From: Deltaproteobacteria bacterium
GTDB lineage: Bacteria; Desulfobacterota; Binatia; Binatales; Binataceae
NCBI GenBank assembly: GCA_003135855.1
Contig: PNBD01000040.1
Span: 1 to 63,170, forward strand
Reading direction: 5' to 3'
Length of the DNA: 63,170 bases
Translations under genes and position numbers: made by a program
Part shown: positions 36,621-46,312 of the stretch, piece after piece
Position numbering within the stretch: position 1 is the first letter of the stretch
Layout of the letters: each line of letters opens with the position of its first letter
Notes under the pieces: model-generated
The model's database searches: none
Told to the model about the DNA's origin: nothing
The model's input: only the letters and a program-made list of their open reading frames with translations

Positions 36621-38411
36621 GTGGATGCCATGACAGACACTTTGCAGGTCCACGCAGTCGCGCGAGCCGATCGCTGCATCCCGACCGACCAGATTTTGTT
36701 GCTCCTGCTGGCCGCACTCTCCGCGGTGCTCTATCTTCCGAACCTGGGTAACCGTGACTTGTGGAACCCTAATGAACCGGGATACGCGCTGGTCGCCCGC
36801 GAGATGGTCGAAAGCGGCAACTACCTGTATCCGACGACCGCTGGACGCCCGCGCGGCGAAAAACCAGCACCTTACTATTGGCTGATTGTCGCGTCCTCCT
36901 ATCTGGCCGGAGGCGTGAACGAGGCGGCGGCGCGGATTCCTTCCGCTACCTTCGGCCTTGCGCTAGTGATGCTCACCTTCCTGATCGCGCGCTCCGTGAC
37001 CGACAGCACCGGTGCCGCGCTCTCCGCGATCGCACTTGCCGTTTCATTCCGGTTTTGCTGGCAAGCTCGATGGGCCGAGCCAGACATGGTACTGGCGTTT
37101 TTCGATACAGCGTCGCTGGCCATGTTTCACCGAGGCATCCGCGACGAAGCGCACCGAACAAGCTGGTACTTGAGTGCCTACGCAGCGGCGGGCGTCGCCT
37201 GTCTGATCAAAGGTCCGGTCGGATTGGCGATTCCGGCCGTCGCGATCGTGTCCTACTGCGTGGCGCTGCGATCTCCTAGCCGCATCTGGTCCTTCAAACC
37301 AGTTTGGGGACTACTCATAGTCGTCGCGATTGCAGCCCCATGGTACGTCGCAGCTTCGCTGAGCGGCGGACGTGATTTTGCCTATGATCTGATCGTTCGG
37401 CAAAACTTCCTTCGCTTCGTTCTTCCCTTCGATCACCGCGAGCCGCCGTATTTTTTCCTGCTCGTCATTTTCGCCGACTTCGCACCGTTCAGCATCTTCA
37501 TCCCTGGCGCGATTGCGCACGCGATTCGGCACCGACGCGTCGCGACCAACGCCAGTCTCACTTTCTTTCTCTCCTGGTTGATCGGCGGGCTAATCTTCCT
37601 GTCGCTGTCGGCGTCGAAGCGCGAGGCTTACCTGCTTCCACTCTACCCCGCCGCCGCGATTCTCGTCGGCTCGATGCTCTCCGCTTGGATCAGGCGCGAG
37701 CCCATTCCGCGATGGTACACCGAAGCGCCCAGCTTACTGTGGTGCGCGATTCTCTCGATGGTAGGTGTTGCAGGAATTGCGTTCATGCTCGCCGCCGAAC
37801 GGTTCTTCCCGCGCTCGATCGCAGCGCTTCAGAACGTCGATGTCTCACTCTCTGATGCTAGGTCACTGGCACTTCCATTCATCGTGATCGCGCTGGCAGC
37901 CGCAGTAGCTGGAGCATTCGCTCTTGCCGCGCGTAAACGGACGGCCGTTGTGCTTAGCATCGCCGGCACGATGGCGCTCGTGCTGATGCTCCTCCAGCAA
38001 CGCGTGTTGCCGGCGCTCAATCCCTACAAGTCCGCTAAGAGCGCATCGACGCTCGCTGCGTTACTTGCTGGATCTAACGGCCGCTTAGTTGGCTATTCGC
38101 CGGTGCCGGATATCCGATGGTCCGACAATTTCTACCTCTGGGACGCCTACTTGTTCTACTCACACAGGAAGATCGCGATCATCGACGATCCATTGTCGCT
38201 GTCTCGCATCTATCGGAGCGCCACACCAACAGTGGTCATTATCAGGGAGCGCGACTTCGACTCTCTGCCCGGCACTACAACCAGCGCTGCGAGGATCGCA
38301 AAAAGATTTCGCGTCGGGCATCGCGAGATGCTGCTCACGATCAACGCCGCTCTAAGTGCCGAACCTGTGCCTCTAGCTGGTCACCTGGGTGCCGACGAGG
38401 GTCATCGGTAG
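36621..38411 (+). CDS. ArnT/PMT-like GT-C glycosyltransferase, paralog 3
   Basis: 596 aa and polytopic. It has the loop motif 'RDLWNPNEPGYALVAREMVESGNYLYP'. Confidence 0.85.
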   Translation: MDAMTDTLQVHAVARADRCIPTDQILLLLLAALSAVLYLPNLGNRDLWNPNEPGYALVAREMVESGNYLYPTTAGRPRGEKPAPYYWLIVASSYLAGGVNEAAARIPSATFGLALVMLTFLIARSVTDSTGAALSAIALAVSFRFCWQARWAEPDMVLAFFDTASLAMFHRGIRDEAHRTSWYLSAYAAAGVACLIKGPVGLAIPAVAIVSYCVALRSPSRIWSFKPVWGLLIVVAIAAPWYVAASLSGGRDFAYDLIVRQNFLRFVLPFDHREPPYFFLLVIFADFAPFSIFIPGAIAHAIRHRRVATNASLTFFLSWLIGGLIFLSLSASKREAYLLPLYPAAAILVGSMLSAWIRREPIPRWYTEAPSLLWCAILSMVGVAGIAFMLAAERFFPRSIAALQNVDVSLSDARSLALPFIVIALAAAVAGAFALAARKRTAVVLSIAGTMALVLMLLQQRVLPALNPYKSAKSASTLAALLAGSNGRLVGYSPVPDIRWSDNFYLWDAYLFYSHRKIAIIDDPLSLSRIYRSATPTVVIIRERDFDSLPGTTTSAARIAKRFRVGHREMLLTINAALSAEPVPLAGHLGADEGHR

Positions 38412-38414
38412 ACC

Positions 38415-39515
38415 GTGCGCGCGATGATCATAGATCCCGATCGCTCGTGGGCCGGTGGAGAGGCACAGGTGCTTCTGTTGGCGCATGGGCTCATACGGCG
38501 CGGGGTGGAGGTGCACCTGGCGATCGATCCGAGGGGCGAACTCCACGCTCGCACCGGAGGGTCCTTTCCGATCGCATCGGTCGCGATGCGCAACGACCTA
38601 CAGGTGATCCGCGCGCCGGCGATTGCCCGCTACTGCGTGCGCAATCGGATTGACCTGATCGATGCGCACACGGCGCATGCCCATGCGCTGGGCTTCGTCG
38701 TCAAGCTGCTGCTACCAGCCATTCGGCTCGTCGTGCATCGCCATATCGACTTGCCGCCCAAGGATACGTATTTCAATCGGCGCTTGTACCTGTCGCCGCG
38801 CGTCGATCGTTTCGTGGCAATCTCCAGCAACGTCGCAAAGGTTCTCTGCGCTTACGGCGTCGCCGACAACCGCATTTCGCTTCAGCACAGTACTGTCGAT
38901 CCGGCGCCTTTGGCAGGCCTCGATCATGACGCCTGTCGCACTGCGCTTCGTTCGTCGCTAGGCATCGCTCCCGCCACTCCGCTGATCGGCGTGATTGCAC
39001 AGCTCGCGCCGTACAAAGATCATCTGATGCTCCTCGATGCCCTCGCGATGCTGAAGCGCGAGAATTTTCGGCTGCACTGCATCGTCGCGGGCGAGGGCAG
39101 CTCGCGATCGGCGGTGGAATCACGAATTTCCGAGCTCGGCCTCTCCGACTCAGTTTCGATGCTCGGATTTCGCCGCGATGTGCCCGAGCTTCTCGCTGGC
39201 CTCGACCTGTTGGCGATGCCTTCGCGAACCGAGGGTCTCGGGATCGCAGTTCTCGAGGCCTTTCACTCGGGCGTGTGCGTCGTCGCCACCGACGCCGGCG
39301 GTCTCGCAGAAATCGTCATTGAAGGCGAGACGGGGCTGAGCTCTCCGGCCGGCGACGCGGATGCTTTCGCTGCGAACCTCAAGCGGGCGCTGATCGATTC
39401 GAGGCTCCGCAATTCCCTCGCGCACAACGCACGCAAATTTGCCCAGGAGAATTACTCGCTGGATGCGATGATCGACGGCAACCTCACTTTGTACCGGGAA
39501 GTGTTGGCCAACTAG
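38415..39515 (+). CDS. GT4-family glycosyltransferase
   Basis: 366 aa with 'AGGEAQVLLLAHGL' and 'PSRTEGLGIAVLEAFHSGVCVVATDAGG'. Confidence 0.85.
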   Translation: MRAMIIDPDRSWAGGEAQVLLLAHGLIRRGVEVHLAIDPRGELHARTGGSFPIASVAMRNDLQVIRAPAIARYCVRNRIDLIDAHTAHAHALGFVVKLLLPAIRLVVHRHIDLPPKDTYFNRRLYLSPRVDRFVAISSNVAKVLCAYGVADNRISLQHSTVDPAPLAGLDHDACRTALRSSLGIAPATPLIGVIAQLAPYKDHLMLLDALAMLKRENFRLHCIVAGEGSSRSAVESRISELGLSDSVSMLGFRRDVPELLAGLDLLAMPSRTEGLGIAVLEAFHSGVCVVATDAGGLAEIVIEGETGLSSPAGDADAFAANLKRALIDSRLRNSLAHNARKFAQENYSLDAMIDGNLTLYREVLAN

Positions 39516-39586
39516 CCGCGAAATGGTTTTCGAGATGCCCCAAAACGTAGTAAGCCTAATGCTCACTCATTTCGGGAGGTGCTTCG

Positions 39587-40477
39587 ATGCTGACAGAACA
39601 CGAGCAGGACATCATTCGCCGCTGGAACGATTTCTACTTGAAGCCGCGCGCAGGCTCAGTCAACGACCAGCGAAAATGGCTCGTGGAATATTTCGAGGAG
39701 TTCAACACCAATCCGCCCGTCATCGGTGCTTATCACGAGGCTGTCCAATTGAAGTCGGGCCTCACTGCCGATATCGCCGTGCCAAAGGGCAGCGGCCCCT
39801 TCCCCATCGTCATCTATATTCACGGCGGCGCCTGGACGCTTGGCAGTCCCGCTACCCATCGCAAGCTAATAAAGCAGTTCGCCGAAGCTGGCTATCTCAC
39901 GATCGCGCCTGACTACCGGCTCGCGCCCGAGAATCCTTTTCCAGCCGGCTTCGACGATTGCGTTTTCACCGCGCATTGGGCCGCGGAAAATGCAACCCGT
40001 TACGGCGGCATCGCGTCGAGGATGGCAATGGGCGGCGATTCTGCCGGCGGCAATCTAACCGCCGCGACCTTGTCTTCGATTGCTTCCTCGGAGCGCGGCC
40101 CCAAGTTCAAAGCCGCGATCCTCATCTACGGCGCTTTCGATTTCGCGCGTCTCGTCGCGGTCGCCAAAGAAGCCGCGGAGCCGCTCGCCAAGGCTTATCT
40201 CGCGAGCAACTATCCCGCGGGATTGGATGATCCGCGCGTCAGTCCGATTCGCGCCATCAAACCGGGCGCGATGCCGCCCAGCTTTATCATCGTGGGCGCC
40301 GCGGACGGCATCATCGGCGACTCGCGCACCATCGCCGACGCGATGAATCGCGCGGGCATCGAGAACGAGTTGCACATTCTCGACGACATGCCGCACGCCT
40401 TCATGCAGATGACGGAACTCGCGGCCTGTCGCGAAGGATTGCGCTTGATGTTCGATTTCCTTCGCCGCCACGTTTAG
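39587..40477 (+). CDS. alpha/beta hydrolase, HSL-type esterase/lipase
   Basis: 296 aa with 'VIYIHGGAWTLGS', 'GGDSAGGNL' and a C-terminal 'DDMPHAF'. Confidence 0.8.
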   Translation: MLTEHEQDIIRRWNDFYLKPRAGSVNDQRKWLVEYFEEFNTNPPVIGAYHEAVQLKSGLTADIAVPKGSGPFPIVIYIHGGAWTLGSPATHRKLIKQFAEAGYLTIAPDYRLAPENPFPAGFDDCVFTAHWAAENATRYGGIASRMAMGGDSAGGNLTAATLSSIASSERGPKFKAAILIYGAFDFARLVAVAKEAAEPLAKAYLASNYPAGLDDPRVSPIRAIKPGAMPPSFIIVGAADGIIGDSRTIADAMNRAGIENELHILDDMPHAFMQMTELAACREGLRLMFDFLRRHV

Positions 40478-40506
40478 ACTCTCGAGCGAGGATCGAAGCT
40501 ACTGAA

Positions 40507-41061
40507 ATGGCGAAAAAAATTATGGTGATTCGCCATGCCGAGCGGCCCGACGATGCCGGGCTCATCATCGGGGTAACAATCGAAGGACGGCCCGACTCTG
40601 AGGACCTCACCGTCGCGGGGTGGCAGCGTTCCGGAGCATTAGTCGGCTTATTCCTGCCACCTGGCGGCGGCTTCATCGATCCGAATCTCGCCACTCCAGA
40701 TGCTATTTTCGCGTCAGGGATAGGGCCTCACAGCAAGAGTCAACGGCCTCAACACACCGTCGGCCCCTTAGCTGCTAAATTAGGCCTGCAACTAAATACG
40801 AATCATCTCAAAGGCGAGGAGTCTAAGCTGGTGGATGATGTTCTCGCCAGCGATGGAGTTACGTTGATAGCATGGGAACATCAGGCGATCCCTCTTATCG
40901 GGAATTCAATCATAGGCAACAACACTTCATGCCCACAGTCTTGGCCGGGGAATCGGTTTGACCTTGTCTGGGTATTCGACCAAGTGGTCGGTTCACGTGA
41001 GTGGATTTTTCATCAAGTGCCTCAGCGCCTCCTTGCGGGAGATAGCAGCGAGCCAGTTTAG
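40507..41061 (+). CDS. histidine phosphatase-family protein
   Basis: 184 aa with 'IMVIRHAERPDD' (RHA/G motif), 'SQRPQHT' and 'IAWEHQAIP'. Confidence 0.6.
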   Translation: MAKKIMVIRHAERPDDAGLIIGVTIEGRPDSEDLTVAGWQRSGALVGLFLPPGGGFIDPNLATPDAIFASGIGPHSKSQRPQHTVGPLAAKLGLQLNTNHLKGEESKLVDDVLASDGVTLIAWEHQAIPLIGNSIIGNNTSCPQSWPGNRFDLVWVFDQVVGSREWIFHQVPQRLLAGDSSEPV

Positions 41062-41090
41062 CGTCGTTCGACCGCAAGCACCGCAGATTT

Positions 41091-42431
41091 TCATGCGGTG
41101 GCGGGGTGTGGTTTCGCCTTGGGCGATACCGTGCGAGTTGGCACCGCGCTCGGATGCGTGAAGCACATCGCGATGCCGTAGAATACGAACGCGGCGAGCG
41201 CGAATTTCATCCACGCCGCCCATCCGTAACGCACCGCAACCGTCAGCATCAGCGGCGCCGATATCGCCACCCAGCCGCGCGTAACCAAACCGTAAAAAGC
41301 CCAACCAGTCGCCTGCAACGCCGGTGAGATTTCCTCGAGCGTCTCGGAATACTGCGCGGCCCACGGCACCGTTGCGATCGCGAGGAAGCATCCAAGCACG
41401 GTTGCAACGATAGTCATGGTGCTTCGTGGCAGCGCTTCGCCAAACGTGGGAATCCACCAAATCAGCAGGGCCGACGTGAGTATCGCACCGAGCACCGCAA
41501 TCGGTTTTCTCATCTGCAGTCGATCCGAGACGAGACCAGTCACGATCAGCGCGCCCATGTTCCCCAGCCAAAAGTATGCGCACATCGCGGCGGCGTCGGC
41601 AGGCGTGTAGTGAAACGACTCGGTGAGCATCAGCGGGCCAAACACTTGAATCGCAAGGTAGAGAGACAGGCTGACCGTGAACGACAGCACCAGCAGCCAC
41701 GGTTCGAAATGCTTCAGCAGTGACGCGAACGCATCGCGCGCGCTCGAGGGGAGTTCGGCGGCGTTCGGCAGCCGCCCTCCTTCAGCTTCGATCGACGCGA
41801 TCTCGCTTTGGTAAATTCTCATCCGGAGCTCAGGGCTGAGATCTTTCAGAAACAATACAATCGGTATGTACATCGCGATTCCGAGAAATCCCATGATCCA
41901 CATCTGCGATTGCCAGCTGTGAAAAATCGGCAGCGTGACTCCCGCGAGGAAGTTGGCCAGATAATTCGATCCCACCGGTCCGATCGAGAGCAATCCGAAT
42001 GCGAGCGCGCGGCTGAGGCGCGGCGACATGTCGCGGACCAGTGCCGCGCCCGCACCCGCCATCAGGCCCGCGACGACTCCCATGATGGTGCGGACCAAAA
42101 TGAACGACTTGATTCCGACAATCAGCAGGTTCGCGAAGACCAGCACCGTCACCATTGCGAGGCACGCGTCGATGATGACGACGCGCCCATAACGATCGGC
42201 GAGCGGACCGCCGAAAAACGCGGAAATCGCCGATATCAGCACCGCGAATGAGACGAAGTAGCCGTATCCGATCTTGCTCATATGAAGGTATGGCAGCAGT
42301 AGCGACAGGATTGGCGCGAGCTGGAATTCATACGAAGCGACAATCACTGCGAGAACGGTGAGCAGGAGCAGGGTCCATCGATGCGCCCCGCGAGGATACT
42401 CGTTCAAGGTCCGCGCTTGTGAAAAACTCAT
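41091..42431 (-). CDS. MFS transporter
   Basis: 446 aa with about 12 hydrophobic helices and 'GGPLADRYGR' (the MFS loop 2-3 motif). Confidence 0.85.
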   Translation of the reverse strand: MSFSQARTLNEYPRGAHRWTLLLLTVLAVIVASYEFQLAPILSLLLPYLHMSKIGYGYFVSFAVLISAISAFFGGPLADRYGRVVIIDACLAMVTVLVFANLLIVGIKSFILVRTIMGVVAGLMAGAGAALVRDMSPRLSRALAFGLLSIGPVGSNYLANFLAGVTLPIFHSWQSQMWIMGFLGIAMYIPIVLFLKDLSPELRMRIYQSEIASIEAEGGRLPNAAELPSSARDAFASLLKHFEPWLLVLSFTVSLSLYLAIQVFGPLMLTESFHYTPADAAAMCAYFWLGNMGALIVTGLVSDRLQMRKPIAVLGAILTSALLIWWIPTFGEALPRSTMTIVATVLGCFLAIATVPWAAQYSETLEEISPALQATGWAFYGLVTRGWVAISAPLMLTVAVRYGWAAWMKFALAAFVFYGIAMCFTHPSAVPTRTVSPKAKPHPATA

Positions 42432-42462
42432 AGCGCCTCCAATTGAAGATTGCGCCTAAGGG

Positions 42463-43098
42463 CTAGCTCAATTTCATTCCAGTGGCGGCCTCAAGTTCAG
42501 CAATCGCTTGTGGCCCGCTTTCCACCTTGATCGTTGTCATGCCCATCGCGCGTGCCGGCTTGAGATTGCCGCCGAGATCGTCGAGATAGACGCACGCCTC
42601 GGGCCTCACGCCGAGCTTCTCGCACATCATCGTGTAGATGCGCGGATCGGGTTTGCGGATGCCTACCTTCGATGACTCGATCACCTCGTCGAATCGCGCC
42701 ATGATCTCACGCGCATAGAGCGCGCGGCCCGCGACGGTCCCGTCCGCCGCGTTCGACGGCATGTTGTTGGTGATGCAACCCGTCTTGAACCTGGTCTTGA
42801 TACGGCGCAGCGCCTCGATCATCTCCGGCCGGAAATCGCCCGCCAGCAACGCAACGACGTCGCGGCCCGGTATGTGATGCCCCAGCGCTTTGGCTTCCGC
42901 CGCGAACGCCTCGTCAAAGCCCACAATGTCGACGTCCGCACGCTCGAACATCGCCCACGCATTGTTGTCATGATTGGTGGAATTGATCTTGCGAATTACA
43001 CCAACCGGGATGCCCTTTTCGCGTTCGTAACGCGCGAACGCGTCGAACGGCGAGGTCGTGAACACGCCGCCAAAATCCCATATCACAGCTTCGATCAC
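42463..43098 (-). CDS. HAD-superfamily hydrolase (subfamily IA)
   Basis: ORF 42463-43263. The start is set at GTG 43098, giving 'VIEAVIWDFGGVF' (the DxG motif I seven residues in). It also has the motif 'TNN' and the C-terminal 'YLDDLGGNL'. Confidence 0.75.
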   Translation of the reverse strand: MIEAVIWDFGGVFTTSPFDAFARYEREKGIPVGVIRKINSTNHDNNAWAMFERADVDIVGFDEAFAAEAKALGHHIPGRDVVALLAGDFRPEMIEALRRIKTRFKTGCITNNMPSNAADGTVAGRALYAREIMARFDEVIESSKVGIRKPDPRIYTMMCEKLGVRPEACVYLDDLGGNLKPARAMGMTTIKVESGPQAIAELEAATGMKLS

Positions 43099-43337
43099 GT
43101 CATTCCCCGGTGCGTCGACAACAGGTCTCCCCGCAGTCTTTCTCGCACAAGCAAATGGACGCTGTCCAACTCGTGCATTGATATGTCGATAGCTATTTTC
43201 TATAAATCGTGCCTGCGAACCTCGCGATACATATCGAAATGCGCATGCCGAACATCTACTCACATCGCGACCGCTTCAGCGATGCCATCGTCGACGCCGA
43301 GCGTGGTAGTATCAGCAACCTGTTGAGGACCATTAAG

Positions 43338-43832
43338 ATGAGAACCACCAAGAGACCGCCCGCAAAACGTGCCGATAAAGCCTCCGACACGCGCAAGATC
43401 AGAAACCTCACCGAAGAACTGAGCCGTGAAGACCACCGGCTCGGGATGCCTCTGCTCGACGCCGGCGTCGCGGGCGTCATTCTCGGCTTCAAGCCTTCGG
43501 ATCGCGAGATGCGCGCGCAGGCGCAGCGATGCTGGGAGATGCTGAAGCCGCAACTCAATCAGCACTTGCTGAGCGAGGACGAAACTGTTTTGCCTTGGGC
43601 AGAAGGCGCGGGCGGCTTGCCGCCTAAGGTCATGGATCGAATCAAGAAGAGCCACCGCGAGATGCGGTCATTGATCAGCAAGCTAACCGGAGTGTCGTTC
43701 GAAAAAGATCCTGATGAAATTGTCGCCGTAGCCGGTAAGGCTCTATGCTTGCTGGCGGTGAAGCTCGACGATTTGATCGATAGTGAGGAAATGCGCTTGC
43801 TGCCAGCGCTCCGACGGATGTTGTTCGCCTAA
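43338..43832 (+). CDS. hypothetical protein, possibly a degenerate hemerythrin-like helical bundle
   Basis: ORF 43209-43832 with the start set at ATG 43338. It has a basic N-terminus. 'NQHLLSEDETVLPW' and 'DDLIDSEEMRLLPAL' loosely resemble H/ExxEE..LFP repeats. Confidence 0.4.
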   Translation: MRTTKRPPAKRADKASDTRKIRNLTEELSREDHRLGMPLLDAGVAGVILGFKPSDREMRAQAQRCWEMLKPQLNQHLLSEDETVLPWAEGAGGLPPKVMDRIKKSHREMRSLISKLTGVSFEKDPDEIVAVAGKALCLLAVKLDDLIDSEEMRLLPALRRMLFA

Positions 43833-43849
43833 GGCACGGGTGCTACTCG

Positions 43850-44614
43850 ATGGCAACGCAAGGTTCCCCCTGGTACGTGGACTTCTTCCGGAACGACTAC
43901 CTGGAAGTTTACGATCATCAGTTCACCGCAGTACGAGCCGAGAAGGAAGTTGCCTTTGCTGAGAAGGCGCTCCAACTCAAAGTCGGCACCCGAGTACTCG
44001 ACCTATGCTGTGGTCAAGGCCGACACTCGGTGCTGTTAGCCAGGCACGGATTTCAAGTGACCGCCCTCGATCTGAATTCCAGCTATCTCGAGCTAGCACA
44101 GCAAGCAGCTGTCACGGCCAGTGTCACCCTGGACACAATCGCGGGCGACATGCGTCAGATTCCTTTCCAAAATCACTTTGACGCGATTGTGAACATGTAC
44201 TCCTCGTTCGGCTACCTGGAGTCCGAAGCAGATGATCTAAGGGTTCTGGAGTCGGCAGCCAACGCACTTAAGCCAAGGGGCCGCTTGCTGCTGGACATGC
44301 TGAACCGTGAGTGGGCAGTCGCCAACTACATTCAGAACGACTGGCATCGCGGTGTTGATAACACCTTGTACGTCGAGCGCCGCGATCTTGACCTTGCCAG
44401 TAGTAGCATGCACGTCAGCTTCACGATTGTCGGACCCAACGGCAGCCGCCGTGATTCAGTCGGACATCATATTCGTCTCTACACGCTGACCGAGATCACT
44501 CGTCTCCTTGAGCGCGTGGGCTTGCGTGTGACTGGTGTGTTTGGCGGCTTCGATAGCGAGCCTTATGCTATCACTACGCGCCGGATGATCATCCTTGCTG
44601 AAAAGGTTGCATAG
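43850..44614 (+). CDS. class I SAM-dependent methyltransferase
   Basis: 254 aa with motif I 'RVLDLCCGQGRHS' and motif post-II 'FDAIVNMYSSFGY'. Confidence 0.85.
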   Translation: MATQGSPWYVDFFRNDYLEVYDHQFTAVRAEKEVAFAEKALQLKVGTRVLDLCCGQGRHSVLLARHGFQVTALDLNSSYLELAQQAAVTASVTLDTIAGDMRQIPFQNHFDAIVNMYSSFGYLESEADDLRVLESAANALKPRGRLLLDMLNREWAVANYIQNDWHRGVDNTLYVERRDLDLASSSMHVSFTIVGPNGSRRDSVGHHIRLYTLTEITRLLERVGLRVTGVFGGFDSEPYAITTRRMIILAEKVA

Positions 44615-44661
44615 CGGCGTCTCTGATTCGCCGCTGAAAGCGCGAGCACCTAGGGAGTAGC

Positions 44662-45309
44662 ATGGAGAAGATCGCGGTCCTCGCAAGCGGCGGCTTGGAT
44701 AGCGCCGTGTTGATAGCTGACAAGGCCGAGCACGCTCAAGTGTATCCGATTTACGTGCAGTTCGGGCTCGCGTGGGAAGCTGTCGAGCACGATGCGCTGG
44801 AGTCATTTTTGGCGGCGCTCAAGATGCCGAACGCGATGCCCTCAACCACGCTTTCCATATCGATCGGAGCCATCTACGGAGACCATTGGAGCGTAACCGG
44901 CAAGAGCGTTCCCGACGAAGACCAGCCGGACAGTGCGGTATTCTTGCCGGGTCGCAACATCCTACTCATCGGATTGGCAGCGGTATGGTGCGCCACGCAC
45001 GAAGTGTCGCGCATAGCTGTTGGTTCACTCGAAGGAAACCCTTTCCCCGACGCGACGCCCGAGTTCTTTCGCAACTTTGCCGAGGCATTAAGCACGGGGC
45101 TAAGTCACAAGATTCAGGTGGAGGCGCCTTATCGCGGTCTTCACAAGAGCGACCTCATCAAGCGCTTCGGAAATCTGCCGCTCGAGTTGACTTTGACGTG
45201 CATGGCTCCCAGGGGCGGCAAGCATTGCGGACGATGCAACAAGTGCGCTGAGCGCAAGCTTGCCTTCCGAGAAGCTGGCGTACCAGATCGCACCACATAC
45301 TCCGGGTGA
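44662..45309 (+). CDS. queC: QueC-family PP-loop ATPase (7-cyano-7-deazaguanine synthase-like)
   Basis: 215 aa with the PP-loop 'VLASGGLDSAV', 'FLPGRN' and the zinc cluster 'CMAPRGGKHCGRCNKCAER'. Confidence 0.65.
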   Translation: MEKIAVLASGGLDSAVLIADKAEHAQVYPIYVQFGLAWEAVEHDALESFLAALKMPNAMPSTTLSISIGAIYGDHWSVTGKSVPDEDQPDSAVFLPGRNILLIGLAAVWCATHEVSRIAVGSLEGNPFPDATPEFFRNFAEALSTGLSHKIQVEAPYRGLHKSDLIKRFGNLPLELTLTCMAPRGGKHCGRCNKCAERKLAFREAGVPDRTTYSG

Positions 45310-45325
45310 AGGACAACTACTCGCA

Positions 45326-46312
45326 ATGGATTCTAGCGACCTGGACGTCTTGGCTAAATGGAAGTATTGGGTTGTAGCAGTTGTTCTTTTTGCATCCACC
45401 TTACTAGCAGCCTGCAACCGTCAAAGCACGACGCCTGCAACTGCCTCGGCGTTTCGCGTCGCCCTGCTCACACCGGGACCTATCAGCGATGCGGGCTGGA
45501 ACGCGGCCGCCTACGAAGGATTAGAGCTGATCAAAAGCAAGCTTGGTGCGGATACCGCCTTGGTGCAGACTACCTCACCTGCCGACTTCGAGGATTCCAT
45601 GCGAGACTTTGCCTCGCGCGGATTCGACCTGGTGTTCGCTCATGGTTTCGAGTTCACTGACGCGGCACTTAAGGTCGCGCGCGATTTCCCGAATACCTAC
45701 TTTGTTGTCAGCTCAGGCAGCGCGTCCTCTCATAATGTTGCGTCCTTGACCTTCAAAGTTGATCAGGCAGCCTATGTCGAAGGCGTGCTCGCAGGTGGCG
45801 TTTCAAAAAGCGGGGTGGTGGGCGCGATCGGCGGAATCGAACTACCGTCTATCAAACTGACCTTCGAGGGATTCAGACGCGGCTTTCTTTCTGTGCAGCC
45901 TAAGGGCCGGATGTTGATCAGCTACACTGGTAATTTCAACGACGTCGGCGCGGCCAAGGAGGCGGCCTTTGCCCAAATCAGCCAGGGCGCCGACGTACTC
46001 GTTCATAACGCTGATGCGGCTGGCCTGGGTGTCTTCGAGGCAGCTTCGGAGAAGCACGTTTTCGCCTTCGGAACCTTTACCAATCAAAACGGCGTAGCGC
46101 CCGACGTTGTGCTGGCCAGCGCAGTGACTTCGACTCCGCAAGCTTTCCTCAAAATTGCCACCGAAGTGAAGAACCACCAATTTCAACCCGGGATGCTCGA
46201 ATTCGGCACGGAAGACGGGATGGTTAAGGTGGTCATCAACCCGAAGCTCGAATCACGTATTCCGAAGGCTGCAATCGACCGCGCCCGCAAAGCCGAGCAA
46301 GCATTCCACTAG
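45326..46312 (+). CDS. BMP-family (Med/PnrA-like) substrate-binding lipoprotein
   Basis: ORF 45260-46312 with the start at ATG 45326. It has the lipobox 'STLLAAC', 'GPISDAGWN' and 'FAHGFEF'. Confidence 0.8.
   Translation: MDSSDLDVLAKWKYWVVAVVLFASTLLAACNRQSTTPATASAFRVALLTPGPISDAGWNAAAYEGLELIKSKLGADTALVQTTSPADFEDSMRDFASRGFDLVFAHGFEFTDAALKVARDFPNTYFVVSSGSASSHNVASLTFKVDQAAYVEGVLAGGVSKSGVVGAIGGIELPSIKLTFEGFRRGFLSVQPKGRMLISYTGNFNDVGAAKEAAFAQISQGADVLVHNADAAGLGVFEAASEKHVFAFGTFTNQNGVAPDVVLASAVTSTPQAFLKIATEVKNHQFQPGMLEFGTEDGMVKVVINPKLESRIPKAAIDRARKAEQAFH

Noticed and set aside
44614-44634. GCGGCG-N9-CGCCGC hairpin right after the methyltransferase stop as a terminator
   Set aside because: No U-tract follows, and the queC-like gene starts 27 nt later on the same strand. 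It may be structural, but it cannot be called a terminator.
44662-45309. QueC-like gene as part of an anti-phage system (Qat or CBASS type IV style)
   Set aside because: The required partners (ATPase, TatD-like nuclease, cyclase, DpdA/TGT) are absent from the neighbourhood. It is kept only as a low-interest orphan.
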